Shown: positions 29,350 through 39,117 of the stretch, piece by piece
Numbering within the stretch: position 1 is the first letter of the stretch
How the letters are laid out: each line of letters opens with the position of its first letter
Assembly (NCBI GenBank): GCA_017397315.1
Contig: JAFQJA010000019.1
Coordinates: 33,690-97,689 of the forward strand
Reading direction: 5' to 3'
DNA length: 64,000 nt
Source: Clostridia bacterium
GTDB lineage: Bacteria; Bacillota; Clostridia; Monoglobales; Firm-18
Position numbers and translations under genes: made by a program
The notes under the pieces: generated by a model
Databases searched by the model: none
The model's input: only the letters and a program-made list of their open reading frames with translations
Told to the model about the DNA's origin: nothing

Positions 29350-30687
29350 ATGGAAGGTGTAGTAAATGTAACGCCGTATAACGAAACGGCTGAACAGTCT
29401 ATTATAGGCTCAATGCTTTTAGACAGGGATTGTATCGGCACTGTTACACAAATAGTGAGAAGCGGTGATTTTTATGACCCGCGTAACCGAGAATACTTTG
29501 AATGTATTTCCGATTTATACAATCTGGATTTGCCTGTTGACATTATAACTGTGTCAGAAAGGCTTAAGAAAAGAGGTACTTTTGAAAAAACAGGTGCAGA
29601 GGAATATCTTGTAGATGTTGCAAACTGTGTTTCAACAAGTGCTAATGTAAAACATTACTGTAAAATTGTTGCAGAGTATTCGGTAAGAAGAAAACTTATT
29701 TCTGTGTCTGCTGAAATAAATGAGATGGCATACGGCGGGAATGAAGACATTGACAAAATTCTTGACCTGTCCTCGCAGAAGGTTTTTGACATTGCTTTAA
29801 AAAGAACCAACGCCGAATTTATGCCTATTCGTGATGTGTTATCCGCAAATTTTGAAAAACTTGCGGAATTATCTAAAAATCCGGGCAAATTAGTGGGCGT
29901 TCCTACCGGGTTTAATAAACTTGACAGCATATTATCAGGTCTTAACAAGGCTAATTTTGTCCTTGTTGCAGCACGACCTGCTATGGGTAAAACTAGTTTT
30001 GCACTTAATATTGCAACTAATGCGGCTCTTATTGCAAACAAAAAAGTTGCTATTTTCAGTCTTGAAATGAGTAAAGAAGAAATTGTTAACAGAATTTGGT
30101 TCTCATCTGCAATGGTGGAATCAAACAAGATAAAAACAGGAGAAGTTCAACCTGCTGACTGGACAAGGCTTATTAATTCTATGAAATTGTTGTCTCCTGC
30201 AAATATTTATATTGATGATACATCATCAATCTCTGTTATGGACATTCGTTCAAAATGCCGACGCCTTATGATGGAGCAGGGTCTTGATTTAATAATCATT
30301 GATCACATTCAACTTATGCAAGGTATTAAAAGAAGTGAAAACAGGCAACAGGAAATTTCCGAGATTTCTCGTTCGTTAAAAATGCTTGCAAAGGATTTTG
30401 ATGTTCCGGTTCTTGCATTGTCCCAGTTAAGCCGTGCCAGCAAAGACCGCTCTGACAAGCGACCGTTGCTTACTGACCTTCGAGAATCAGGTGCAATCGA
30501 GCAAGATGCCGATGTTGTACTTATGTTGTACCGTGATGAATACTATAATGAAAACACTGAAAATCCGGGACAGGCGGAAGTTATTATTGCAAAGCACAGA
30601 AGCGGTGAAACAGGCAAAGTATTTTTGAACTGGCAAAGCGAATATACGAAGTTTGCCGATTTTGATTACACACATACGGAAAGTTAA
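29350..30687 (+). CDS. dnaB: Replicative DNA helicase
   Basis: AARPAMGKT, FSLEMS, LSQLSR and DLRESGAIEQDAD. Confidence 0.97.
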   Translation: MEGVVNVTPYNETAEQSIIGSMLLDRDCIGTVTQIVRSGDFYDPRNREYFECISDLYNLDLPVDIITVSERLKKRGTFEKTGAEEYLVDVANCVSTSANVKHYCKIVAEYSVRRKLISVSAEINEMAYGGNEDIDKILDLSSQKVFDIALKRTNAEFMPIRDVLSANFEKLAELSKNPGKLVGVPTGFNKLDSILSGLNKANFVLVAARPAMGKTSFALNIATNAALIANKKVAIFSLEMSKEEIVNRIWFSSAMVESNKIKTGEVQPADWTRLINSMKLLSPANIYIDDTSSISVMDIRSKCRRLMMEQGLDLIIIDHIQLMQGIKRSENRQQEISEISRSLKMLAKDFDVPVLALSQLSRASKDRSDKRPLLTDLRESGAIEQDADVVLMLYRDEYYNENTENPGQAEVIIAKHRSGETGKVFLNWQSEYTKFADFDYTHTES

Positions 30688-30689
30688 TT

Positions 30690-31649
30690 ATGGATAAACT
30701 AATTATTAAGATTTTGTCAGTGATAGATAAATATCAGTTAATTGAAAAAAATCAAACTGTTCTTGCTGCAGTTTCGGGTGGACACGACAGTCTTTGTATG
30801 CTGTATCTTTTAAACGAAATAAGAAAAATTCGGGAATTCGATTTGAAAGTTATGCATTTAAACCACAGTTTCCGTGAGGAAGCTGACAGTGATATGGAAT
30901 TCGTAAAAAGTGTATCGCAAAAATTGGGGCTTGAGTTTTTTTGTGAAAAGGTAAATGTAGAGCAATACGCTAAACAAAATGGTATTTCGTTTGAAACAGC
31001 AGGCAGGCTGGTGCGTTACGACTTTTTTGACAGAGTTGCATCACAGTTTTTACATTCTGTTATTGCGACTGCACATAATGCGAATGATAATATTGAAAGT
31101 TTCTTTATGCATTTGATGAGAGGAAGCGGTCTTAACGGACTTTCGGGCATAAGTATAAAACGAGATAATATAATTAGACCGTTACTTTTTATAACACGCG
31201 AAGAAATAGAACGTTACTGCAACGAAAAAGGAATAGTACCTGTTTTGGATATAACAAACGACAGCGACGATTACACAAGAAATGACATACGACACAATGT
31301 TATTCCTGCGATTTTAAACAGATGCAGTATTGACAGCCTCACAAGAACAATGGACATTATCAATGAAGAAAATATTTTTTTTGAACAATATGTTAAATCT
31401 ATTGCCAAGAATTGTATAATAAAGTATAATGATGTTGCAAAAATTGATATAAAGCAGTTTAATCTTTTGGACAAGGCGGTTAAACGAAGGATTTTGTATG
31501 AGTTTTTAAAAGATGGTCCGGATGTGGGACTTATTCATATAGACAGTATTATAGAAATAGCAAGTAAAAACAGAGGCGGAAGTGTATCAGAACTTCCCGG
31601 GGGTAAAAAGATAAAACTGAATAAAGGGATGTTGGAGATTTATGAATGA
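30690..31649 (+). CDS. tilS: tRNA(Ile)-lysidine synthetase (short form, 319 aa)
   Basis: AVSGGHDS PP-loop, TAHNAND, IIRPLL and RNDIRH; upstream of hpt-ftsH. Confidence 0.93.
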   Translation: MDKLIIKILSVIDKYQLIEKNQTVLAAVSGGHDSLCMLYLLNEIRKIREFDLKVMHLNHSFREEADSDMEFVKSVSQKLGLEFFCEKVNVEQYAKQNGISFETAGRLVRYDFFDRVASQFLHSVIATAHNANDNIESFFMHLMRGSGLNGLSGISIKRDNIIRPLLFITREEIERYCNEKGIVPVLDITNDSDDYTRNDIRHNVIPAILNRCSIDSLTRTMDIINEENIFFEQYVKSIAKNCIIKYNDVAKIDIKQFNLLDKAVKRRILYEFLKDGPDVGLIHIDSIIEIASKNRGGSVSELPGGKKIKLNKGMLEIYE

Positions 31650-32181
31650 AAATGTAGAGAGAATACTGTTTACTGAAGAACAACTTAAATACCGTGTCAG
31701 AGAAATGGCAGAAGAAATCAACAATTACTATAACGGAGAAGCCGTTACAGTTATATCGGTTTTAAAAGGAAGTGTTGTTTTTGCGGTTGATTTGATTAAA
31801 CAACTGAATATGCCGGTATCACTTGATTTTATTTGTGCTTCAAGTTACGGTTCAGGCACAATTTCTTCAGGAAAACTTATTATAAAAAAAGATGTTGAAT
31901 TAGAAATAGAAGGGCAAAATATACTATTGTTAGAGGATATTATTGACACAGGGGAAACTTTGCACGAAATAATAAAAATGCTTAAAGGAAGAGGAACGAA
32001 AAGCATTGCAACTGCAATGATGTTTAATAAACCTGCACGACGCAAAAAAGCAGTTCAGGCTGATTTTATAGGGTTTGATATTCCTGACGAATTTGTGGTA
32101 GGTTATGGTCTTGACTATGATGAGCAGTATCGCAATCTTCCTTATCTTGGAGTATTAAAAAGAAGCGTATATGAGGAATAA
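31642..32181 (+). CDS. hpt: Hypoxanthine phosphoribosyltransferase
   Basis: [23 protein letters not shown] and YRNLPY. Confidence 0.96.
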   Translation: MNENVERILFTEEQLKYRVREMAEEINNYYNGEAVTVISVLKGSVVFAVDLIKQLNMPVSLDFICASSYGSGTISSGKLIIKKDVELEIEGQNILLLEDIIDTGETLHEIIKMLKGRGTKSIATAMMFNKPARRKKAVQADFIGFDIPDEFVVGYGLDYDEQYRNLPYLGVLKRSVYEE

Positions 32182-32203
32182 GAGAGGACGAGGACAGGTA
32201 AAA

Positions 32204-34024
32204 ATGAACAAACATATTAAAAACATAGGCTTTTATGTATTGTTGTTTGCGGTAATTCTGGTTATATTCAGTTTGTATGCAAGTACACCGCCCGCTGAAC
32301 CAAAAACCTACACAGATTTATATACCGCAATTAACAATGAAAGTGTTAAAAAATTAACTGTTATTGAGCAGACTGCAGTTGCACTGATGGAAGACGGCAC
32401 AAAGATGGAAGTTACCATACCGCCTCTTGAACAGTTTTACGCAGATTTGGGTACAACTATAAGGTCGCAAATGGATTCGGGTAAGCTGGTGTTTAATCCT
32501 GAACCTCCTGAAACTACGCCCTGGTGGCTTTCTATGCTTCCCACATTAGTAATGATAATAATATTTATTCTTTTTTGGGTTTTCTTTATCAATCAGGCTC
32601 AAGGCGGTGGGGGCAAAGCCATGCAGTTTGGTAAATCAAAAGCCAAAATGCTTAACGATGCAAATAAAAAATATAAGTTTGAAGATGTAGCAGGGGCAGA
32701 CGAAGAAAAGGCCGAACTTGAAGAGGTTGTTGAATTCTTAAAAGCACCCGGCAAGTTTATGGGTTTAGGAGCAAGAATACCAAGAGGTGTACTTTTGGTG
32801 GGCCCTCCCGGAACAGGTAAGACATTACTTGCCAAAGCTGTAGCAGGCGAAGCGGGTGTTCCGTTTTTCAGTATAAGCGGTTCTGATTTTGTTGAAATGT
32901 TTGTAGGTGTGGGTGCTTCGCGTGTGAGAGATTTGTTTGAACAGGCAAAGAAAAACTCACCTGCAATTGTATTTATTGATGAAATTGACGCTGTAGGCCG
33001 TCATAGAGGTGCAGGTTTAGGTGGCGGTCATGACGAAAGAGAACAGACGCTAAATCAGTTGCTTGTTGAAATGGACGGTTTTGGTGATAACCAGGGCGTG
33101 ATTGTTATTGCCGCAACAAACAGACCTGATATATTGGATCCTGCTTTATTAAGACCTGGCAGATTTGACAGGCAGGTTGTTGTCGGAACTCCTGACTTAA
33201 AGGGCAGAGAAGCGATTTTGGGTGTTCACACAAGAAATAAACCATTAGAAGACGATGTTAATTTATCAACACTTGCAAAAACGACTGCAGGTTTTTCAGG
33301 TGCCGACCTTGAAAACTTAACTAACGAAGCAGCACTTTTGGCGGCAAGAAGAGATAAAATAAAAATTGGTATGCCTGAATTTGAAGATGCAATAATAAAA
33401 ATTATTGCAGGACCTGAGAAAAAAGCAAGAGTAATTACCAAAAAGGAAAAGGAATTAACCGCATATCACGAAGCAGGTCATGCTATTGTTACAAGACTTA
33501 TTCCTACTCAGGACCCTGTTCATCAAGTATCTATTATACCAAGAGGCAGAGCAGGAGGCTACACTTTGTCATTGCCGTCTCAGGATAAGTTTTATGCTTC
33601 AAAAACTGAAATGCAAGACGAAATTGTTGTACTGCTTGGCGGAAGAGTTGCTGAAAAACTTGTTCTTAATGATATTTCTACAGGTGCGTCTAACGATTTG
33701 GAAAGAGCAACCGCTATTGCAAGAAATATGGTTGTTAAGTACGGTATGAGTGATACTTTAGGTTCTATGACTTTCGGCTCTGACAATTCAGAGGTGTTCA
33801 TTGGAAGAGATTATGGAAGAACCAGAGATTACAGCGAAAATGTTGCATCTCAAATTGATGCGGAGATTAAAGGAATTATCGATACCGCATATCAAAGATG
33901 TGAGAAGTTGATAAAAGACAATATGGACGCATTAAACAGAGTTGCAAAAGAACTATTAGAAAAAGAAACTATTAATGCTGAAGAATTTGAAGAAATATTT
34001 ACAAGAGAAGAAGTAGATGAATAA
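32204..34024 (+). CDS. ftsH: ATP-dependent zinc metalloprotease FtsH
   Basis: Two TM helices, [11 protein letters not shown] and HEAGH. Start taken as the ATG at 32204. Confidence 0.97.
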   Translation: MNKHIKNIGFYVLLFAVILVIFSLYASTPPAEPKTYTDLYTAINNESVKKLTVIEQTAVALMEDGTKMEVTIPPLEQFYADLGTTIRSQMDSGKLVFNPEPPETTPWWLSMLPTLVMIIIFILFWVFFINQAQGGGGKAMQFGKSKAKMLNDANKKYKFEDVAGADEEKAELEEVVEFLKAPGKFMGLGARIPRGVLLVGPPGTGKTLLAKAVAGEAGVPFFSISGSDFVEMFVGVGASRVRDLFEQAKKNSPAIVFIDEIDAVGRHRGAGLGGGHDEREQTLNQLLVEMDGFGDNQGVIVIAATNRPDILDPALLRPGRFDRQVVVGTPDLKGREAILGVHTRNKPLEDDVNLSTLAKTTAGFSGADLENLTNEAALLAARRDKIKIGMPEFEDAIIKIIAGPEKKARVITKKEKELTAYHEAGHAIVTRLIPTQDPVHQVSIIPRGRAGGYTLSLPSQDKFYASKTEMQDEIVVLLGGRVAEKLVLNDISTGASNDLERATAIARNMVVKYGMSDTLGSMTFGSDNSEVFIGRDYGRTRDYSENVASQIDAEIKGIIDTAYQRCEKLIKDNMDALNRVAKELLEKETINAEEFEEIFTREEVDE

Positions 34025-34279
34025 AAGGGATGTAAAAATCGGCCAGACCGTAAAAAAGCATGGATTTATTAAATCCAAATACAAGGTAAGTATAAACATA
34101 AAATAATATAAAAGGAAGGAAAATATCTAATAGGATATTTTCCTTCTTTTTTTATGCTTTTTTACTATGAAAAAACTTCGCCACTCGACGTACTTTTGTA
34201 CGCCTTCGGGTTTCCAAAAGCAAGGTAATCCTTGCTTTTGCTCAGTTTTTTCATTCTGACACAATTTTTCCTATCCCTT
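34025..34279. mobile_element. Structured MITE-like repeat, copy 2
   Basis: Starts directly after the ftsH TAA. Ends AAGGGAT...ATCCCTT. Homologous to 19262-19497. Confidence 0.7.
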
Positions 34280-34282
34280 GAC

Positions 34283-34318
34283 AAAAAAGACTGAAAAAAC
34301 ATAGGTTTTTTCAGTCTT
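34283..34318. terminator. Intrinsic terminator of the ABC operon (probably bidirectional)
   Basis: AAGACTGAAAAAAC-ATAG-GTTTTTTCAGTCTT with an A-tract. Confidence 0.8.
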
Positions 34319-34324
34319 GAATCA

Positions 34325-35098
34325 CTAGTTACCGCATTCGATACTTATTTCATTAAAGATTTTTAAATAATCGTCAGTAGTTGTTTTTGCCTTTTGTTCG
34401 CCTGAAACATCTAATATTATGTCGCCGTCATGCATCATGACAGTTCGTGTGCCGTACTGAACTGCGTGCCGTAAATTGTGAGTAACCATAAGAGTTGTAA
34501 TTTTTTGTTCACTTACGATTTTTTGCGTGAGTTCCATTACGGTGTCGGAAGATTTTGGGTCAAGTGCCGCTGTGTGCTCGTCTAAAAGCAAAAGTTTAGG
34601 CTTTATAAGGGTGGACATTATAATTGATATTGCCTGACGCTGTCCTCCTGACAATGTTCCCACAATATCGTAAAGTCTGTTTTCAAGTCCCATTCCCAGT
34701 TGCTCCAAAAGTGTTCTGTATTTGTCTTTTTCTTTGATGTTAAGACCTTTTGTAAGGTTGTAACTCTTCAGTTTATTATCCGCCAGAGACAGATTTTCAA
34801 ATATTGTCATTGAAGAACAAGTACCCATTGATGGGTTCTGAAACACTCTTGCGATTTCTTTTGCTCTTTTGTAATTAGGTAATTTTGTTATGTTTTTATC
34901 GTCTAACAGCACCTCGCCCCTGTCTATTGCCACATCACCTGAAATAATGTTTAATGTGGTGGTTTTTCCTGAACCGTTACTGCCTACAACACCCACAAAT
35001 TCTCCCTCTTTAATTTGCAGATTAAAGTCGGAAAACAAGATTTTTTCGTTAGGAGTTCCTGCACAGAAAGTTTTATCAATATTTTTTAGTCTGAGCAT
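34325..35098 (-). CDS. ABC transporter ATP-binding protein (TrpZ/PhnK-like)
   Basis: GSNGSGKT, LSGGQRQ, LLLDEHTAALDP and MVTH. Start taken as the ATG at 35098. Confidence 0.93.
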   Translation of the reverse strand: MLRLKNIDKTFCAGTPNEKILFSDFNLQIKEGEFVGVVGSNGSGKTTTLNIISGDVAIDRGEVLLDDKNITKLPNYKRAKEIARVFQNPSMGTCSSMTIFENLSLADNKLKSYNLTKGLNIKEKDKYRTLLEQLGMGLENRLYDIVGTLSGGQRQAISIIMSTLIKPKLLLLDEHTAALDPKSSDTVMELTQKIVSEQKITTLMVTHNLRHAVQYGTRTVMMHDGDIILDVSGEQKAKTTTDDYLKIFNEISIECGN

Positions 35099-35963
35099 TT
35101 GGTTTCCTCCTTTTTGAGTATTCGGTAGCAACTAAAGTTATAACAAACAGAGTAGTTATAACAAGGTTCATATCAGAAGGACGAAGCCCTGAACTTATTG
35201 CAAGTGAAATACATGTTTTATAAAGTATCATACCTATTACAACAGAGGTGGTAACCTTTACCCATTTTGCTCTGTTAAAAAGACTTGTGCCTATAATTAC
35301 TGCTGCAAGTCCCATTACAAGAGTACCAACACCTGAAGACACGTCAAACTGCATTACTTTCTGGCAGTTAACTGCACCTGCAAGTGCTACAAGTCCGTTA
35401 CCTATTGCAAGGCCTATGATTTTGATTTTACCGGGGTTTTCACCTAAGGTAACAACAAGCCCTGCATTATCCCCTGCACTCTTTAATAAAAAGCCCGATT
35501 TGGTTTTTAAGTACATATCGAGAAGTATTTTCGCCACAAGTGAAATAACAATAATTATTATCAACGGGAAGTATGGTGCTATACTGTCAGGAACGGTAAT
35601 CAATTTAAATATTGATTTTTCGTTCATCATAAACTTGTTTGGACTTCCTACAATTCTGTAGTTAATGGAATAAAGAGCAGTCATTGTAAGAATACCCGAA
35701 AGCAAATCTTTGATTTTAAGTTTTACATGGAAAAACCCTGTAAGGCATCCTGCCATTGCACCTGCTAACGCCGCAGCAACAAGACAAAGCCATGGGTTTA
35801 TGCCCTTAAGAATAAGTGCAGTTGAAACTGCGGCACCTAATGGGAAGGTTCCGTCAACCGACAAATCAGGAAAGTCAAGTATTTTATAACTTATGTAAAT
35901 ACCAAGAGCCATTATGGCAAATATAAATCCCTGCTCCAATATACCGATTATAATATTTAGCAT
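35076..35963 (-). CDS. ABC transporter permease (TrpY-like)
   Basis: ILDFPDLSVDGTFPLG and LLSGILTMTALYSIN. Confidence 0.9.
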   Translation of the reverse strand: MLNIIIGILEQGFIFAIMALGIYISYKILDFPDLSVDGTFPLGAAVSTALILKGINPWLCLVAAALAGAMAGCLTGFFHVKLKIKDLLSGILTMTALYSINYRIVGSPNKFMMNEKSIFKLITVPDSIAPYFPLIIIIVISLVAKILLDMYLKTKSGFLLKSAGDNAGLVVTLGENPGKIKIIGLAIGNGLVALAGAVNCQKVMQFDVSSGVGTLVMGLAAVIIGTSLFNRAKWVKVTTSVVIGMILYKTCISLAISSGLRPSDMNLVITTLFVITLVATEYSKRRKPNAQTKKY

Positions 35964-35978
35964 TTTAATACTCCTAGA

Positions 35979-36926
35979 TTAAAGTTCTTCAGGCAAAGCA
36001 ATACCAAGTGATTTTGCAACTTCTTCGTTTACTGTAATTTTTGCTTCTTTTATTGTTTCGTAAGGAATAGTGTTAATGTCTTCGCCGTTTAACACACGAG
36101 CCGCCATAATGCCCGCAGATTTTCCGAGTTCTAAATAGTCAAGACCTGCAGACGCAATACAACCGTTTTTAACCTGTTCCTCTTCAGAACCGAAAACAGG
36201 AATTTTAAGTGCATTTGCTTTTTCCAGTATTACAGCCAAAGCGGAAACAACAGTGTTGTCAGTCATATTTGAAATACAGTCAACCTGTGTTAAAAGTACA
36301 TCTGCCGCCTGAGGAATTTCTGCGGCTTTACCTATGCCTTTCTCAATTATTTCAAAGCCGTAATTAGACGCTAATTTTTTGTATTCTTCAATAGTGCTTA
36401 CTGAGTTTGCTTCGCTTGTGGTGTATAAAATACCGATTTTCTTTGCCTCTGGAAGCACTTTTCTTATAAGTTTTAACTGGTCCTCGACAGGTAATTTATC
36501 ACTTATACCTGAAATGTTTTTTGCAGGTTCTGTGTCTGATACAGCAAGTTTTGCCGCAACGGGGTCTGATACTGCATTGAACACAACGGGAATATTTTTT
36601 TCAGAACAAGCCGCATAAGCCGCCTGAGCCGCAGGTGTTGCAATACCGCATACTAACTTTGTGTTAGATGTTGCAAAACTTTGTGCAATCTGTGTTGACA
36701 CATTTATATCTGCCTGAGCAGATTTGGTTACAATTTCAATGTTTTCTCCGTCTATATATCCCATACTAGCCAAACCCTCAATAAAACCATCACGGCAATT
36801 ATCCAATGATGGATGGTCGGCAAATTGAATTACACCTACTTTAGGTGTATTGCTGCAGCCGATTAATGCTGACATAAGCACTGCAACTGTTAATACTACT
36901 GACATTACTTTTACTAATTTTCTCAT
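35979..36926 (-). CDS. ABC substrate-binding lipoprotein (ABC_sub_bind family; aromatic amino acid, probably Trp)
   Basis: Lipobox LIGC, QFADHPSLD, IATPAAQ, AVSDPV and TDNTV. Confidence 0.88.
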   Translation of the reverse strand: MRKLVKVMSVVLTVAVLMSALIGCSNTPKVGVIQFADHPSLDNCRDGFIEGLASMGYIDGENIEIVTKSAQADINVSTQIAQSFATSNTKLVCGIATPAAQAAYAACSEKNIPVVFNAVSDPVAAKLAVSDTEPAKNISGISDKLPVEDQLKLIRKVLPEAKKIGILYTTSEANSVSTIEEYKKLASNYGFEIIEKGIGKAAEIPQAADVLLTQVDCISNMTDNTVVSALAVILEKANALKIPVFGSEEEQVKNGCIASAGLDYLELGKSAGIMAARVLNGEDINTIPYETIKEAKITVNEEVAKSLGIALPEEL

Positions 36927-36950
36927 CTCATCTCAACCTTTCTTTTTTAT

Positions 36951-37037
36951 AAAAATAAAAACCCTTTGAGACAAAACGGCTCAAAGGGTATAAATATACC
37001 ATGCAAACTAATCTCCTCTAAACTCATCTCATCTCTT
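36951..37037 (-). promoter_or_regulatory. TRAP-type attenuator leader: six (G/U)AG triplets plus an intrinsic terminator
   Basis: GAG-AU-GAG-AU-GAG-UU-UAG-AG-GAG-AU-UAG (37035 to 37008), then ACCCUUUGAG-N9-CUCAAAGGGU-UUUUAUUUUU (36989 to 36951). Confidence 0.72.
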
Positions 37038-37042
37038 GTTAC

Positions 37043-37071
37043 ATTATATTAAATTTCCTCTTTATTGTCAA
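37043..37071 (-). promoter_or_regulatory. Consensus sigma-A promoter of the ABC operon
   Basis: TTGACA (37071-37066), 17-bp spacer, TATAAT (37048-37043). Confidence 0.88.
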
Positions 37072-38149
37072 TAGTTTTTTGTAAATTATCAAGTTTTGCT
37101 GAAATTTTTGCAAGTTCTTCAAGTATAATTTTTGTGTCTGATTTGTACTGGCTTGGAAGTAATAAATCTTTTGCATCCTTTGAAATTTCTGTTCCTATGG
37201 GTTTCGGAGGGATTCTGCTTATGTTGAAAAAATCGGGTGTTAAATAGAAATTAACACTTCCGTCTGTTAAATATCCGTAGCATCTGTTAGTTCTGCATGA
37301 GGTTTCATAGGAGGTGTATGATATTGCATATATTTTTGCGGATGTAAACCGACCTGCCATAAATTCGGTAACATTGGAAAAATTCTTACCGTTGTCTGCC
37401 GAACATGCGGCGTGTATTTTGCCTTCCTTCGGTGTTTCCCAAAGCAGGTACAGATTATCTTTTTCCATAAGCACAGGGTTGGAACCTTCGCCAAAATTCT
37501 GCACAATATCAGAATAGTAAATTATTTTTCCGTTCAATACTCCAGTAATATGAAGAATATTTGATTTATCGACAAAAATATGTGGGTTTGTAACCGCTCC
37601 TTCTACTGGAACTGCCACAAAGTCAGACCATTCCTTTTTACTCCATATATAAGCCATATATCCGAAATTTCCGTATGTGTGGCTTTGGTACAGTACAAAG
37701 ATGTTATTTGATTTATCTTTTGTAACTGAAAAATCTCCGTCAATATAGTCTAATACTTCGGGAGTTGCTCCGTCATTACCTATTATCTGATGTGCTATAA
37801 TTCTGGAATTTTTATATTGAAGTGTATATAAAATATTTATCCAATTACCTACTAATATCATGGCAAAGTTTTTTGGATAGTTTTCTTTAGTTTTGCTTTG
37901 CATAAGCGTTTGCTGTTCCCACTTATCTTTTGCCCTTTTCATATAGATAATATCTCCATTTTCGTTCTGGCACACAAGATGTAACCAGTCATTATTGTCA
38001 ATTATTACATCAAAATCAGATTGACCATCAGGCAACAGCACTTCGTAACTTGATGAAAGTTTACCTGATATACTGCTGTAGCATATACCTTGTGAGTTGT
38101 GGCAGAAGTGCCACATCTTGCCGTAACTTGGTTTAACAAAATGTTCCAT
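37049..38149 (-). CDS. Hypothetical protein (beta-rich, Asp-box-like motif, C-terminal coiled coil)
   Basis: 366-aa ORF with SD AAAGG; SADNGKNFS motif; no family recognised. Confidence 0.75.
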   Translation of the reverse strand: MEHFVKPSYGKMWHFCHNSQGICYSSISGKLSSSYEVLLPDGQSDFDVIIDNNDWLHLVCQNENGDIIYMKRAKDKWEQQTLMQSKTKENYPKNFAMILVGNWINILYTLQYKNSRIIAHQIIGNDGATPEVLDYIDGDFSVTKDKSNNIFVLYQSHTYGNFGYMAYIWSKKEWSDFVAVPVEGAVTNPHIFVDKSNILHITGVLNGKIIYYSDIVQNFGEGSNPVLMEKDNLYLLWETPKEGKIHAACSADNGKNFSNVTEFMAGRFTSAKIYAISYTSYETSCRTNRCYGYLTDGSVNFYLTPDFFNISRIPPKPIGTEISKDAKDLLLPSQYKSDTKIILEELAKISAKLDNLQKTIDNKEEI

Positions 38150-38232
38150 CTATAATCACGCCTTTCTTTTATAATTTTATGTATCCCGTTGTTATTTATG
38201 AGATATTGTGATAAAATACATATAAGGAGTTG

Positions 38233-38763
38233 ATGGAGATGACGGAAAAAACAATTAAAAGTGAAAAAATTTTCAACGGTAAGGTTATTGATTTAAATAT
38301 AGAAACTGTTGAACTGCCAAATGGAAATCAGTCAACCAGAGAAATTGTAAGCCACAGCGGAGGAGTGGGGATTTTAGCGGTTGACAGCGAAAAAAACGCC
38401 TATATGGTAACGCAGTTCCGAAGCCCTTATAAAAAACTTGTGCTGGAGGTTCCTGCAGGGAAATTAAATAAAGGTGAAAGCCATTTTGAATGCGGGGTAA
38501 GAGAATTAAAAGAGGAAACAGGACTTGAAGCGGAAAATATGAAGTATATGGGTTATGTTTTGCCAAGCCCTGGATACACGAACGAGATTATTTATTTGTA
38601 TCTTGCAACAGGGTTAAAACAAAAAGAGCAGTGTCTTGACGAAGATGAATTTCTTACTGTTTCAAAAATTCCTTTGGATAAATTAAAGGAAATGTGTTTG
38701 AACAATGAAATTACTGATGCCAAAACTGTTGCTCTTATTCTTAAATCTTATTTGATTTTATAA
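38233..38763 (+). CDS. nudF: NUDIX hydrolase (ADP-ribose pyrophosphatase)
   Basis: EVPAGKLN...RELKEETG Nudix box, SPGY and DAKT. Confidence 0.88.
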   Translation: MEMTEKTIKSEKIFNGKVIDLNIETVELPNGNQSTREIVSHSGGVGILAVDSEKNAYMVTQFRSPYKKLVLEVPAGKLNKGESHFECGVRELKEETGLEAENMKYMGYVLPSPGYTNEIIYLYLATGLKQKEQCLDEDEFLTVSKIPLDKLKEMCLNNEITDAKTVALILKSYLIL

Positions 38764-39117
38764 TTATTTTTCTTTTGGTTTAAAAATTAAAGCGTAAATA
38801 TATCCGAACAATACGGCGGCGGTTATTCCTGCCGCCGTTGCTGTTATTCCGCCTGTAAATATACCTAAAAAACCTTGTTTCATCACGGCTTCTTTTACGC
38901 CGTTACACAGCAAATATCCAAAGCCCATAATGGGGACAGTAGCACCCGCACCTGCATATTCAACAATAGGTGTATATATTCCAAAAGCGGTCAAAAATAC
39001 TCCGAGGCATACATATAAAACAAGTATTCTTGCAGGCGTAAGAGTTGTTTTGTCAATTAAAATCTGTGCTATGGCACACAACAGTCCGCCTACCCAAAAA
39101 GCATTTAAATATATCAT
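38764..39117 (-). CDS. spoVAE: Stage V sporulation protein AE
   Basis: AFWVGGLLCAIAQILIDKT, TPARILV and GAGATVP. Confidence 0.93.
   Translation of the reverse strand: MIYLNAFWVGGLLCAIAQILIDKTTLTPARILVLYVCLGVFLTAFGIYTPIVEYAGAGATVPIMGFGYLLCNGVKEAVMKQGFLGIFTGGITATAAGITAAVLFGYIYALIFKPKEK

Noticed and set aside
34170-34255. Hammerhead ribozyme in the repeat core (minus strand CUGAG...GAAAC)
   Set aside because: Lacks the CUGANGA core, and copy 1 does not keep GAAA.
36951-37040. T-box riboswitch upstream of the ABC importer
   Set aside because: The leader is only about 110 nt, with no AGGGUGGNACCGCG T-box motif or specifier stem.
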